64,000 nucleotides of DNA. It comes from Oikopleura dioica (lineage: Eukaryota > Animalia > Chordata). How positions within the stretch are numbered: the stretch's first letter is position 1; every line of letters begins with the position of its first letter. The stretch lies in contig OU015567.1 in assembly GCA_907165135.1 (NCBI GenBank), positions 9,796,001 to 9,860,000 on the forward strand, written 5' to 3'. Shown here in pieces: positions 24,453-38,980 of this stretch. Below the pieces are notes generated by a model, which saw nothing but the letters and a program-made list of their open reading frames with translations, had not been told where the DNA came from and ran no database searches. A program made the translations under genes and the position numbers.

Positions 24453-25469
24453 TCAGTACATAGGCGCGTGGTTTGAAGATCGAGGTTTCTTTATCTTTTC
24501 GATATTTTTGTTGATCAGGTCAGCTAGGGTACTGAGGAAGAGGGTTGAAAAATGCTTTATAAACAACTCGAATTCGTATTATTCATCGTCAAATTGTGAT
24601 TTTCAACCCCAAAACAATGATGATTTCTAATTTCGGACAGCATAAATCGCAGCGAAACGAACTGCTTCGTGTCCAACTCCTGGATGCATCTTTTGTAATC
24701 GGCGATTTGCGGATACTTGACGCACTTTGACAACATCTTCCCTCTGGTACAAGTATTTAGCATCTCTATTCTCTCTGGGTCCTACCTCGTCAAGTAGTAT
24801 CGACTGATCTGGTCGAGATACTGCGCGCACTCAGCTTCGACCTGTCTTAATTCAGCGAGAGTGTCTTCTTGAACAGAGACGCCGAAGTTGTTTCCATCCT
24901 CGATTTTGGGAACGAGGAGAGTAATCCAGATTCGAATATTCGCCGAGTGCTCTGAATAAAGCCGATTGAAAGCGATCCTGAAAGGATGAATGTAGATTTA
25001 CCCATTAAACTGGAGACTTCGGGCTTCAACTCGTCAATCAACTCCAACAAGATTTCATTCGACTTTAACTCAACTAAAATAATGCTAAAAAAAGAATTTT
25101 TAAATAATCAACCTGATGGTCCATTCTCCGTTCTTGTTCTCTTCGTTGGTGGCTCATCTCCAGCCTCTCCGATTCTATTAGCAACTACTGCAGTGTTTCC
25201 AGCACTGTGGACTTGATTGAGCCGATCTAGCGACCATTTCTCTGAGTTGCAGATTTCGTCCAATTGCGCGACCTTCGACGGGAATTCCTAAAAACCAAAT
25301 CTGTTTACAAAATCGAAAACTTTCATCATAATAACTTTCACGGCTTTGTTACGTAATCAGTCTAGAAGGGATGAAAGAGAAAAAAACAAACCTTTGAGAT
25401 AAGTGCTTCCGATTTCTCCGAAATTCGTTTGTGAAACTCCTTTATCTCTGGAATCGAGCTGTAAGCCAT
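24453..25469 (-). CDS. PSME3: Proteasome activator PA28 gamma (REG gamma)
   Basis: WITLLVPKIEDGNNFGVSVQEDTLAELR, YLDQISRYYLTR, KYPQIADY, KNIEKIKKPRSSN...MY*. Confidence 0.93.
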
Positions 25470-25786
25470 TCTAAACTCGTCTGTGAAGGAGGATAATCGA
25501 ATGAATTTAATTTATTAGAATGAATATACTGTACTACAAAGGCTCATTTACAAGTCTACAGAAAATCTCTAATGCAAGAAAAAGGGACTGAAAACGGAAA
25601 ATATGAAATATTCTCTTCGTTGATTTCACAAATAAAAATAAAACAAAGGGAGTAATTTAGAACTTTTGAAAAGTTTTAAACTGAAAAAGTAAAAAGCAGG
25701 GGTTGGTTCTAAAAGCAGAATGCCCGGGGAAAGATAAAGATGAATCGAGAATAATCGAAAGTTATGCAAAAAAGCTAGAAAAAATA

Positions 25787-25858
25787 TGGAGATGCTGGGA
25801 ATTGAACCCAGGACATCTCGCATGCGAAGCGAGCGCTCTACCCCTGAGCTACATCCCC
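25787..25858 (-). tRNA. tRNA-Ala(CGC)
   Basis: Reverse complement GGGGATGTAGCTCAG...TTCGCAT...GGTTCAATTCCCAGCATCTCCA; G3:U70 alanine identity pair; downstream T-run terminator. Confidence 0.96.
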
Positions 25859-26640
25859 CTGTGGAAGCGGCGCTCCAGGAGTACTAATTATTTCATGTGG
25901 AAGCATTCAGGGTAACTATACTTTTCTTCACGCATTCGATAAGCAAGAAACAGCCAATTGAATTGACGTGGAATTTGGTGACCAAATTTTGGCCAGTAAA
26001 TTAGTTATTTCTTATTTGAAAAATATCAATTTTCAACTAATTTTGTAATCCTAATTTTGAAGAACTTACAAATAGTCGTGAAGAATACTGAATATTGAGC
26101 GGTTCTTGAAGAAAAACGAATCAACAATTATTATAATTTTATTTGAAAATAATTATTTCTGAATTTCATCTCGCTATTTATGCTCTTATCTCGCGGCATT
26201 CCAGACATCAAGCTCTCATCATTTCTTATCAAGCTTGGGAATAAACCCGATTCATTCTCATGAAGAAACTTCAAAACAGATCATTACATAACTTTCCGAA
26301 GAACCAGGGTTCTTTCTACTTTTTGACTCATAAATATTGCACTACTGTAATTGTTACTGTAACTGATAAATAGTAACAATGGGTGTAACGATTTTAAATT
26401 GAACTCAAACTTGGAAATTTACGTTTTTTTATATATTTTTTTAATTGGACGTATTTTTGAATTGCACACAGTTGCCCAGAACGGCCGTCAGAAGAAGATA
26501 GTAAGGTATAAGATAAATAAAGAATAATGTGGTAGAACAGAAGAATAAGGCATTTCTCCGGTGAAGGCGGGATAGTCTTTGAGTCTGGAGTCACAATCAC
26601 CCCAGAATGAATAGTTGTTGGAGGTCGCGATAATTTGCAT

Positions 26641-27940
26641 TTACATGATGATGCCGGGCTCGGGAACCGACTCTTTGATCGACTTGTGCGGCAGGACACG
26701 GACGCCGTTGAGGTACATTTCGTCGCGCACTTTCACGTCCTTGCCGAGGACGGTGACGTTCTCCAGTCTGGTCCAGGAGCCGACTGTTGATTCCCAGCCG
26801 ACGATTGTCGATTCCATCCACGCGTGTGCCTTCACTTTACTGTTGTCCATCACAGTAGATCGCTACAAACAAAATTGGAGATTTTCTTTGTCCCTAATGC
26901 ATACCTTGATTCTGACTCCATCTTCAACAACGACACCAGGTCCGAGAACAACATTGGGGCCGATTCTGCAACCGGTTCCGATTTTGACAGAAGGGTGGGC
27001 CAGGACGTTGCCTTCAATTCCATCCCCGCTGGCGAGAAGATCAGGGGACTAGAAAAACACTGTTGGAAAAGAAAAAAAGACTGTTTCTTACGTTTTGTCT
27101 GAGGGAATTGAGCTTCAAGCACATTCCAGTAAGATAGTCCTTCGGCTGTCCAACGTCCATCCAGAAGCCCTCCAATTCGAGGCAGTGAAGTTGCTTCTCA
27201 GAAGTGAGCTGCGGGAAGATGTACTGCTCCATAGAAGTGGGCTGAAGAATGTTAAAATTGGGAATCTTAACGGGGCTCGAACCTTGTTTGGAATTCGATC
27301 GAGCATCTTTTCGGAGAAGATGTACATTCCAGCGTTGATCCTGTTCGAAACAAACACTTGCGGCTTCTCCACGAAGCGGTCAATAAGTCCCGATTCCCGG
27401 TCGTAGACGACGACACCGTATTTCGATGGCTCCTCCACCTTTGTTACGACGATGGTACCTTCTTTACCGTGTTTCTATTTTGTTGATCAGACGAGATTAA
27501 ACGCAAAGTGTACCTGATGGAACTCGAGCATGCTCTTGAAAGGAAAGTCAGCAGTGACATCAGCGTTCATGACGAAAAAGGGCTTGCCATCGTTTCCTTC
27601 TTTGATGAGGTCTCGGGCGAGGGCGAGAGGACCTGCAGTGTCCATCGGAACTGTTTCATGCGAGAAGGAAATTTTGATTCCAAGACGGTCAGCGTGATGG
27701 CCAAGCTTTTCCTGCAACATGTCGGACATGTAGCTATAAGAGCAGAATACCAAACTGATGTTAAAAACGAATATCAAACCTGACAGCGAGGATGATGTGG
27801 TTGACTCCAGCGGCGACAAGAGCTTCGATCTGATGAAGCATCATCGGCTTGTTGCAAAAATCAACAAGTGGTTTTGGGCAGTCCAAAGTGAGTGGCCGAA
27901 GCCGAGTACCAAAACCTCCAACAAGAATAACTGCCTTCAT
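26641..27940 (-). CDS. GMPPB: GDP-mannose pyrophosphorylase beta
   Basis: [48 protein letters not shown]-terminal [17 protein letters not shown]; five GT-AG introns. Confidence 0.96.
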
Positions 27941-28236
27941 CTAAAAACTAACATGAAAACATCTGATAATTTGATAATTTCAAAATTATACTTTTGTAGC
28001 TTAAAATTTTTAAGAAGGCAGTGAGAAACCACTAGAATTAATGAAAGCAATGTCGAAAGAAAAGATTGGAAAAGAAACGAAGGGAAAAATAGGATTTTAC
28101 ATATGTTTGCTCAAGCAGTTACTGTAATCGAAATATTAAAAAATACATAAAAGAATCTTCTGGCAAATAATGAGCCAAGAAGTTTTTAGGTCAGGGTTAT
28201 AGCAGTGTTTGTTTTAGCATTCAAATGCAAAGAAGG

Positions 28237-30184
<1,948 letters not shown>

Positions 30185-30930
30185 TTTTTACTTCTAACCA
30201 GACACAATCTCAATAATCTAAGTTGTTGTTAATAATACTTTTCAATCTTGAAGAGATACTGAAGTGAAGAATACTACCAAATTCTCAACAGAAGGTATTT
30301 TTTCTTTGACAGTTTAGCTTGGGTTTGCGCCGCTTTTTTGCTTGAGAGGAGTTTCAATTGTAATTAAAAGAAAGATTGTAGTTGAATGAATTTCAGTGGT
30401 GTGAGTTGGCTTGTAATTCAATTTGAAAAATAGAATAGAAGAATACGAACATAATTTTGAAATTCGTCATGAATCATGATTTGTGAACTCGTGTTTTGGG
30501 CAATGGACTATTCGGCAAGGTCAATTATGGATATGGAAGCTTTCTTTTCATCGGATGTTTTTTCAGATAAAGATGGATTTATGATCATATGATCAATAAT
30601 AAAGAATGAAGATCTTGACTCGTCGGAACAAAAAAAATGAGACATGTTTTGGGCTGCAAATTTATTGTTTTAAAAAGTGCTGCCTTTGAAACAATGATTT
30701 ATTACAGATGTTGTTCTTTTTTCTTTTTTATTTAACCTTGGAATAATGAAGAGTGTTTACATGTATGTAGGGAGAATGTAGTGAAAAGGAAATTTGACTA
30801 TGGTGACGGTTCTCGTATTCAAAAAGGCTAGAAGAAGAAAAGGGAACGGCGGAGGGATGGCAGTTGGTGTACGAAGCATGCATAAAATTGTACCTAATTT
30901 ACACAACTTTTTCTAGTAGTTGGGTACAAA

Positions 30931-33900
30931 TTACGCCGTGTCCATTGCTTCAGCCCCTAAAAATTCTATAAGAAAAACTAACGGGTGGGGTTTACTCACC
31001 GTTCGATTTGTAATCTTCTTTATTACGTCTTCCACCTTCGCCTTCGTCTTCTGAATCGGAGAATTCATCGTCGCGATCGATTCTAGCGTCTCGCTCTCCA
31101 GGTTGAATTCTATACGAAAAATATCGTAACAACAAAAATAGCCCTTGCTTTACCTTATATCTGGGTCGCCTTCGGATCGACCTTTAGTGGACTCGTTGAC
31201 AGTAACACCATCAGGAAGTCGATCATGCATCTGAAACATATTTCTACGGAGGAAGAAAAGTTAATGGTGTACCTGGACACTAGGGGCATGTGGCAGTGCT
31301 TGGACGCGCTTTTTTTAAGGTTGGGCAAGTTATTTCACCCACATTTTGATTTTAAACCGTGGAACACCATACATATTTGGAATCAGCAGGAAATTTTAAG
31401 AACTTTGACGGTTTTAGTTTCCAAAATTTCCACTTCCGGTCCGATTCTAGAGCCGGAAGTTGACGAAATTTTTGAGTTTGGCCAACTTGTGACCTATCAA
31501 ATTGATTCTCAGACAATTTCCTATCATCTGAGAGAAGAATCAATGCCGACCGCGATCAAATCAACCGCTAAAAACTGAAAGAAAAATCAGAAATTTATGC
31601 CTTTTTTCCTAGTTTTGCCGGTCGGTTTGACTGCGGTTGGGACGGTGTTTTTTTAATGATTTTAAGATGAGTTTACTCAAAATTTTCTGAGCATCAATTT
31701 GATAGGTCACAAGTTGGCCAAACTCAAAAATTTCGTCAACTTCCGGCTCTAGAATCGGACCGGAAGTGGAAATTTTGGAAACTAAAACCGTCAAAGTTCT
31801 TAAAATTTCCTGCTGATTCCAAATATGTATGGCGTTCCAGGGTCTAAAATAAAGAAATGGGTGAAATAACTTGCCCAACCTTAAAAAAAGCGCGTCTTGG
31901 AGATTTTGGAATAGTCTCTCTTTGTTCTTGTCGAGGTACTCGTACGAGTTCTTGTTCTCGGAGTTGCTAGAAAGAATTATCGTTATTTGGGATCAAGTGA
32001 GGTTGGTGTTACTTAGGCTGAATGTGAAGCTTGAAGTCAGGCCCGAAGTACTCGAAGTAATCGTTGTATGGAAGGTCATTTGCTTAATAAAATGTATAAA
32101 TATTCGGAAGAGAAAATTATTATTCTACCTATTTCCTCCCCAAGAGCGGTAGCGGTTTCGTACGTCCAACATCGTGCCACATTCCTATAAACGTTCATAA
32201 GGACTTTTTGTTTCTAACAAAAACTGGAGTTCAATGATGAAATTATCATGTGAGCATAAGCTATCTAAGTAAGGATACTAAAATCAGAACCACGAGACTT
32301 ATGTTCGTCTTTTTGTCCCTCAGTTTGAACGGCCTAACGAGAATTGATCTTCTCGGTCGGTGGTAAGCTGAGGTAGAGTATAAAGGAGTGATAAGTGAGC
32401 CATGTGATAGGGTTTCCTGGATGATTATGGTTATGTCTGTACCTGATTGTGTATCCACCTCCACCGAGTAAAAGAAGGGGCTTGTTGAATTTGAGCATGA
32501 ACTCGACGCATTTTGCGTGGCCTTTGAGAGTCAAATTGAAGCAGCCAAGTCGATCCTGGGTGAGAGAATCAGCACCGCACTGGAGAACGATTGCTGAGGG
32601 TTGATATCGCTCCATAACTTTTCCCAGAGTAGCCTAAACAAACGATGAAAGTTAACCAAGCGTCTAATAAACTAAAATTCCCGATTAAAAATTGGCCAGG
32701 TGCTCAAGCGGGTGGCCAATCTAGCCGTGGTCTTTTTGTAGTGACCTAGTTATCTCTATCTGATCTCCAATTAACCCATGCTGGGCGCGCCATCTGAAAT
32801 CGCGGCGTGTGCACACCTGCCTATAGCACCACCACGCGCGAAAATATATAATCGGACATGGAATCGTCACATTTAGAAAATTTAGAAAATACAAAATTCA
32901 TAAAAATGCCACGTGATCGATTAAATTCCGCTCCAGATCGACTAGAGGTTTCAAAAGAAGAAATGATCCAGCGCCGTCTCATGAAAACTCGTCATATCGA
33001 GACTCAAATGCGTTCTTCAGCTAACATGGAAGATCTTGCAGAAGTGCCAGGGCTAGAAGAGCCGGGAAAATATGTTTGCAAAATTTGTGATAAGAGATTT
33101 TTCCACAAAAGTGCCCTGGAGACGCACAAACTTGTTCATTCAGAGCACGATCTTAGCTCATCTTCCGAGGGATCGATTCCTTCGACGCCTCAAAAATGCA
33201 AGATTTGTAAGAAGAAATTCTCCTCTTCCGTGAAAAGAAGACTCCACGATATGAAATATCACGGAGAAGATATGGAAAGAGAAGTTTTAGCTGTATTTTA
33301 GAAACATGCATTATCTGTATATATTTTAATTTCCATCAAGTTCATAATCCCATTTTGTGAATAAAAACATTCAAAGAAACCCTTTTGCCTCTTGTTTTTA
33401 CCTGGAAAAGGTTGATGAAAGAGTCGTCATCCATGCCATCTCTTAGAGGAAAGTTGAGGGAGTAGTATTTGCCCTTGGCTGCTCCAATATCCTTGAGATC
33501 TCCTGTGCCAGGGAAGTACTCGCCGTACTTGTGGAAAGAGACGGTCATTACGCGGTCGGTCGTGTAGAACGCTTCTTCAACTCCATCACCGTGGTGGATG
33601 TCAATATCGATGTAGAGCACTCGTTGATGATGTTTCAGTAGCTCTAGAATCGCGAGAACGATGTCATTGACGTAGCAGAACCCGGAAGCTTCAGACTTCT
33701 TTGCGTGGTGAAGCCCACCAGCCCAATTGACAGCCACATCTTTTAGGCAATGAATGAAAAAAGCAAGGTCTGAAGAGAACTTACCTGTGTGATTTCTGTT
33801 GAGCTTGACTGCTCCGGCAATGGATCCACCGGCGGAGATCTGACAGAATTCGAAGAGACCGTCAAACACTGGGCAATCTTCTCCTACGTTGAATCGCTGC

Positions 33901-34231
33901 ATACTTTTTGTATAATCGTTCATATTATCCGGTCGAATGTTCCTACAGATGGTTAAGATGAGGGTCAAACTGTGGGTTTCGAAAGAAAATGTGCTGATTA
34001 CTTGAGGAACTTGATGTAATCATCGGAATGGAACTTGGTCATGTCCTCTGCGGAGGTCTTGGAAGGCCGGAAGATCTCCATCTTTCTGTAGAGACCGTAG
34101 TTGACGAGCAAATTGTGGGTCATGCGAATTCGGTGGGGCTTCATGGGGTGCCCCTGCCCGTAGTAGTAGTTACCGACGTCAGAGTCATAGTAATAACAGA
34201 CCTTCCGTCTATGACTGAGCTCGTCTGTCAT
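30931..34231 (-). CDS. HDAC1: Class I histone deacetylase (HDAC1/2, Rpd3-like); one exon interrupted by a MITE
   Basis: [93 protein letters not shown]; stop at 30931. Confidence 0.96.
31304..31895. mobile_element. 592-bp palindromic MITE/foldback element inside an HDAC1 coding exon
   Basis: About 210-bp near-identical inverted arms (to about 31513 and from about 31686); flanking direct repeat CTTGG at 31299-31303 and 31896-31900; removing it plus one repeat restores [12 protein letters not shown]. Confidence 0.92.
32691..32843. promoter_or_regulatory. Putative internal promoter of the nested zinc-finger gene
   Basis: ATTGG 32691-32695, CCAAT 32716-32720, GC-rich tract, E2F-like GCGCGAAA 32836-32843. 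Confidence 0.4.
32858..33301 (+). CDS. Two-finger C2H2 zinc-finger protein, nested antisense in an HDAC1 intron
   Basis: [23 protein letters not shown] and [23 protein letters not shown]; AATAAA at 33360-33365; lies within intron 32634-33401. Confidence 0.8.
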   Translation: MESSHLENLENTKFIKMPRDRLNSAPDRLEVSKEEMIQRRLMKTRHIETQMRSSANMEDLAEVPGLEEPGKYVCKICDKRFFHKSALETHKLVHSEHDLSSSSEGSIPSTPQKCKICKKKFSSSVKRRLHDMKYHGEDMEREVLAVF

Positions 34232-34815
34232 AGTCTAAAATACACAAATGGTCTCTCTTGCTTTGTAAAATATTTGTTTATTTTGTATAAAACTAAAGCG
34301 GAATCCTCAAACGCGGGTATTCAGTGAAAAAATATAAAAAAATAATTCCAGATAAAGATAAAAAAGTAACCACAATCGAAAAGTTAAAACTCAAGGCTCA
34401 TTTTGTTTGAATCATTTGAATTTTTGAATTGCATAGAAAGTGTTACTGCAACTACCAGTAATCATAACATAAACAGTATTAATATTATACACACATGATA
34501 CAAGTTAGTACAATTATAATTGTGAAGCACGCGTCGGGTAGGTCTGGAATGCTTATGAAACAGAAATTGACAAGATTTGATAACATTTTTGGAAAACTTG
34601 AACTAGTTGTGTAGTAGGGAAGACGGTTATTTCCAGGGCTTGATATTCGAATTTGAAGTGGTCGTCATCAATGAGGCACGACTGCGCGATCTCGTGTCTA
34701 AAATTATTGATTTTTAGAAGATGAAATAGACGGAGAAAAACTTAGAAATCGTCATTTTCGGAGTGCTGATTTTTAATTTCAATGTGCAAAACAATACTGT
34801 AGGTATACCGTACAT

Positions 34816-36105
34816 CTATACGATGAGAGAGTACTCCCGCCATCTAAAAATTGTTGTTTTAACGGAGGCGACTTTTCGGAGCTTCCCCTTTTTCTTACCG
34901 ATTTTCGATTTTGAAAGGCGACTGCCGGCGTCAGAAGGGGCCATCAGTAGCTCGTCCAGGGCCTCAGACAGGGCTCCAAGATGCTCGTGTGTGAATCGTT
35001 TTAGCGCCATATCGGCGGGTACCTGTTTTGCTTTGTTGATCATTAGCTCTGAAGTCTACGTACCTTGTTTTTGGGATTGTATTTTGTTTTACCGCTTCTC
35101 AATTTTGTTTTTCCATCGAGCGACATAAACGCTTCCGCGGGAAGACTGCCCGTCACAAGTCCGTTGGGCAACTTTTGGGCGAGCACGCGTAACCCTCCCG
35201 AAAGCTGAAAAGAGCGATCTTGATAAAGAAGAAAGAAAGGGAATGATGTTATTCGTTATTGTACTTACAACAAAAACGTTTTCGAAGCCGCGCTGGGCCA
35301 TCGTTGTTGCACATTCGGTGGCGATTAGCTCGTCTGTGTCGTAGAGGACGATGATGTGCCCTTCCAGGTTTTTGAATTGAAGCATCTACGCAAAGGTTAA
35401 AATGGGAGACTTTTTGGGTCTTACCTGATTGCTAAATGGATTCATCGTCCTGGAGAAGTTGGTATGCGGATAGGACTCGGCAGTGATAATGTGGCATTGT
35501 TGAAAAGCGTCAGAATCTCTGACATCGACGAGTAAATATGGACTGAAACAAAAGAAGTCAGAACGGCCCTTTCATAGTGCGGTTAAGTTTACGTTGAGGA
35601 GTAGGGAGTGTGTTCTTTTGGCAACTTTGGTTTCGGTGGAAGTTTCAAATTCTCATTTTGTTCTTTCAAATTCAACTCGCCGGTTCCTCGGATAACATCG
35701 AGGAAATTTGGCTGGCGAGGAGTTGTTTCGACTCGTTCGACGATGTCGTCCTGCACTGGAGCTTCGTTTTCTTCCGACTCGTTCATCATGTTCACTTTAT
35801 CAACTAAAGAAAAGCATTGAGAGCGGGATAATTAAAGTATGAGCATACCCTCAAGAACAAGCGCCGCAAAAGTCGACAATTTGAGTCTTTTGAAGAGCTC
35901 TCCCCTCTGAATTCGAAAATTGGCTTGAATGTCCTCCACCTTCGCCAAGTGCTTCGACATTGACGCGCCTGAAATAAACTAAAGTAAAACAAGAGATTTA
36001 CAGTGCTTCTGTACCTGTATCGACCCGTCCTCTCACATTCGACCATTTCGCCGAGCGAGGAATCCTTTTCTCAAGCAGTTTTGAGTCACCGATCGCCTTA
36101 CTCAT
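34816..36105 (-). CDS. CEP41: Centrosomal protein 41 (rhodanese-like domain)
   Basis: KRIPRSAKWSNVRGRVDTG, ELFKRLKLSTFA, YLLVDVRD...CHI...SRTMNPFSN, IIVLYDTDE...MAQRGFENVFVLSGGL. 3' end approximate. Confidence 0.9.
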
Positions 36106-37061
36106 TTCTAAAAAAACGAAAAAAATAAATGCTGAAAATCTCAATGAAATAGTGAATGTGAATTCCATTCCTGGGAAAAATATCAGTCTTAGATTAAAGA
36201 CACACATGTCAAGATAAATGCCCCTCTCGGCAAATATCTCCATCACAATTTTTTTCCATGGTCTTTTTTCTTTGTGAAAATTTACGATCTTTGCGGATAA
36301 TCCTATGTGGGAATTTACGAAACTTCCTTAGAGTAAAAAATGTGAAGAAAAGTGCCAGGAAATGTGGTTTAGCGTAATTTTTTTCGATTTTTCGCCCCAC
36401 TAGACTATCAAAAATGATAATTTCTTGAGGGATGTTCTTCTGGAGAGATTTTTATTCGGTATTTTTACTCAAAAAGTTAGCCTCAGATATTTTCGAGGGG
36501 ATTTTTCGATGAAATTAGAATACGTTTTTTATGAAAATTTATTTGAGTGATTTTTAAGTTTCTATATATTTATCGTTCTTGTTTCTCTGGTTCGCGAATG
36601 TCAAGTCTGTATTTCTGCAGTTTTCAATTTTGGCTAAGTTTGGAGGAGGAGCGGGCCGCGAGTCCGGAGGAGTTAGAGCGCGCGTTGAGTTTCCGCGTTG
36701 ATTGGTTGCTAGGCAAAAAAAAGCAGAAAAGAATTTAGCGCGGCCGTCGCAAGAAAATCTCTCGCTCCAGCTCAAGCCACTGGCTCAAGCTCAGCTCAGT
36801 GGCCGAGTCGGCTCTAGAATCGAAAAAGAGGAGTAAATCTATAACATTGTCGTAGAGAAGCGCTCTAAGGAAAGGATCTTACTTTTGAAAAAGGAAAAAC
36901 TATAAGAAGAAATTCTTGAAATTGAAATGCCGTGAAAGAAAGAATATCAAATCTAGAAAAGAGTTAATTAGCAGTCTTGAGAGCCCTCAAGAATTAAAAA
37001 CTCCGGTTTCAGTTTTTCAGACGATTTTTATTGAAAGGATCCTCTCTAGTAAACCGACAAA
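36106..37061. promoter_or_regulatory. Bidirectional promoter region with CCAAT box and RFX/X-box-like motif
   Basis: Divergence point of the two long gene runs; GC-rich core; ATTGG 36701-36705 abutting GTTGCTAGGCAA 36705-36716. Confidence 0.55.
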
Positions 37062-38980
37062 ATGTTCATTTCAACGACTCTTACATTTCTGAGTCTGCTG
37101 GTCTTCAGTGGATTTCTGGAAACGCTAGTGAGAAGAAAAAAGCGTGCTGAAAATCAAAATCCGCAATTTTTGTCGTTTCAAAAAACCTATCTTGCTACTC
37201 AGTTTGTCATTCTTCTTGCAGATTGGCTGCAAGCACCTTACAACTACAAGGTAATTCTTGATCGGTTTATTGAAAGAGGAAATAAAAACAATTCTAGCTT
37301 TATTCTTCGTATCGTTATACAGAGCAGCAGATTGTAATTATCTTCGTTCTTGGCCATGCAATCAGCATCATTCTCACTCCTTTTGCGAATTACGCGGCTG
37401 ATATGTACGGGAGAAGGCTGATTGTTTGCCTCGCCCTGGCGCTTTATTCTCTTTCTTCCCTTCTCAAGGTTGTCAACGATTACTCAACGCTTCTCATTTC
37501 TTCAATTATGGCATCTTGTGCTTCTTTATTGGTAAGAATATATCATAGTTTAGGTTTTATAGGATAGAATTCTAGGCATGGATATATTGTCTGACAGGCA
37601 AATCGCTTCATTTTATACTTTTAGAAGTAATAAAACGTATCCAGTTGACGCTTGAGTATGAATAAAACAAAGTGTAGCTCTATTTTAATAGTACAGTTTT
37701 TTCTCTGAGATGTCTTTTATATCAAAAAACCGATCTATTATTGAGTTCATGCAAACAGTAAAATAGTTCAATTGCACCCTACTAATAGTAGGCAACTATT
37801 GCAAACAGGGGCGCGCAGGACCGATCCATCTGGGAAGTTACCAAAAACCGTTTCATGACTGTAATTTTAGATATTTTCTTCATCGCAAGGATGGTACACA
37901 CACGAGCATATCGAAAGCCACGATTTCCCTATGGAATGGATTTCGGACACGCTTGAAAAAGTCTCTTTCTGGTCGGGCTCTCTCTCCGTCATTGCCGGTG
38001 TCCTCGCCTACTTCCTCGCCGATTTGTTTTCCTTCAACCCAGTTGCGCCCTTTTTAGCATCCATTCCTCTCATGGGTAATTTTATCTAGTTTCGAACTTT
38101 CATTAACGAACGGTTTTAGTTCTTGCCCTATGCATGTGCTGGTCGAATTGGTGCGAAAACAAAAGTCTCAACCGCAGCGTCAAGTTCTCCAAATCATGCG
38201 TCAATGGAATTCGGGAAATCGTCAGCAATCGAGCTGTCCTTCTCTGCGGAACTCTCCAGGCACTCTTTGAAGCCGTCATTTCCATCTTTGTCTTTTTATG
38301 GGTAAGCTTTCTTTCTTCGATTCCGATTTGAACTGCTTACTTTAGACACCAGTTCTAGACAAGCACGGACCACCACTTGGTTTGGTCTTTGCTACTTTCA
38401 TGGCAGCAAATTTAGCTGGATCCCGAGTCAATAGCTTGATGATCTTGAAGTACAAAAATATCTCTATTAGAGACACTCTTTTCGGTAATATCGGAAATTT
38501 TTATCATTCAATTATTCTTCTCTCAGTCGCCTCCTGTATTGGCTTCGGTTCGACAGTCGTACTGGAGTACACTTCGCATCCGGAGAAAAACTTCCCTGTT
38601 ACGTCGTTTTTCTGCTTGACAGCGTTTCAATTCGCAGTAGGAATTTATGTAGGAGGTACCGAACCTATCAAATAAGCAACTTTACTTATCATTTTTCTTC
38701 AACAGCAATGGGTCCTCTTCAAAACGAATTGATCAAGCACAACGTTCGCACTGCTGTTTCCTCTTGGTTCCGAATTCCACTCAAGCTCATCGCATGCATC
38801 GGGTTAATTTCCCTCCATTCTGATGATAACTTCCACGGAACGAGGAAGCTCTTCCTTGGCTGTGCGATTCTGATGGCAATGGCGATCATTACGTCGATAA
38901 TTCTAAAGAAGACGAAGCCACCAGCAGAAAAGGAGCCAACAGCTGAAACAGAAAGGCTCATCGAAAGCACTCAAATTTAG
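37062..38980 (+). CDS. MFSD5: MFS transporter MFSD5 (molybdate-anion transporter family)
   Basis: LADWLQAPYNYKLY, GWYTHEHIESHDFPMEWI, QALFEAVISIFVFLWTPVLD, WFRIPL; GT-AG introns. Confidence 0.9.

Noticed and set aside
31225-31878. Near-identical ORFs on opposite strands (31225-31578 plus, 31609-31878 minus)
   Set aside because: Produced by the MITE's inverted arms; no transposase motifs.
35160-35190. Apparent frameshift in CEP41
   Set aside because: Re-reading gives GCC CAA AAG TTG CCC in frame.
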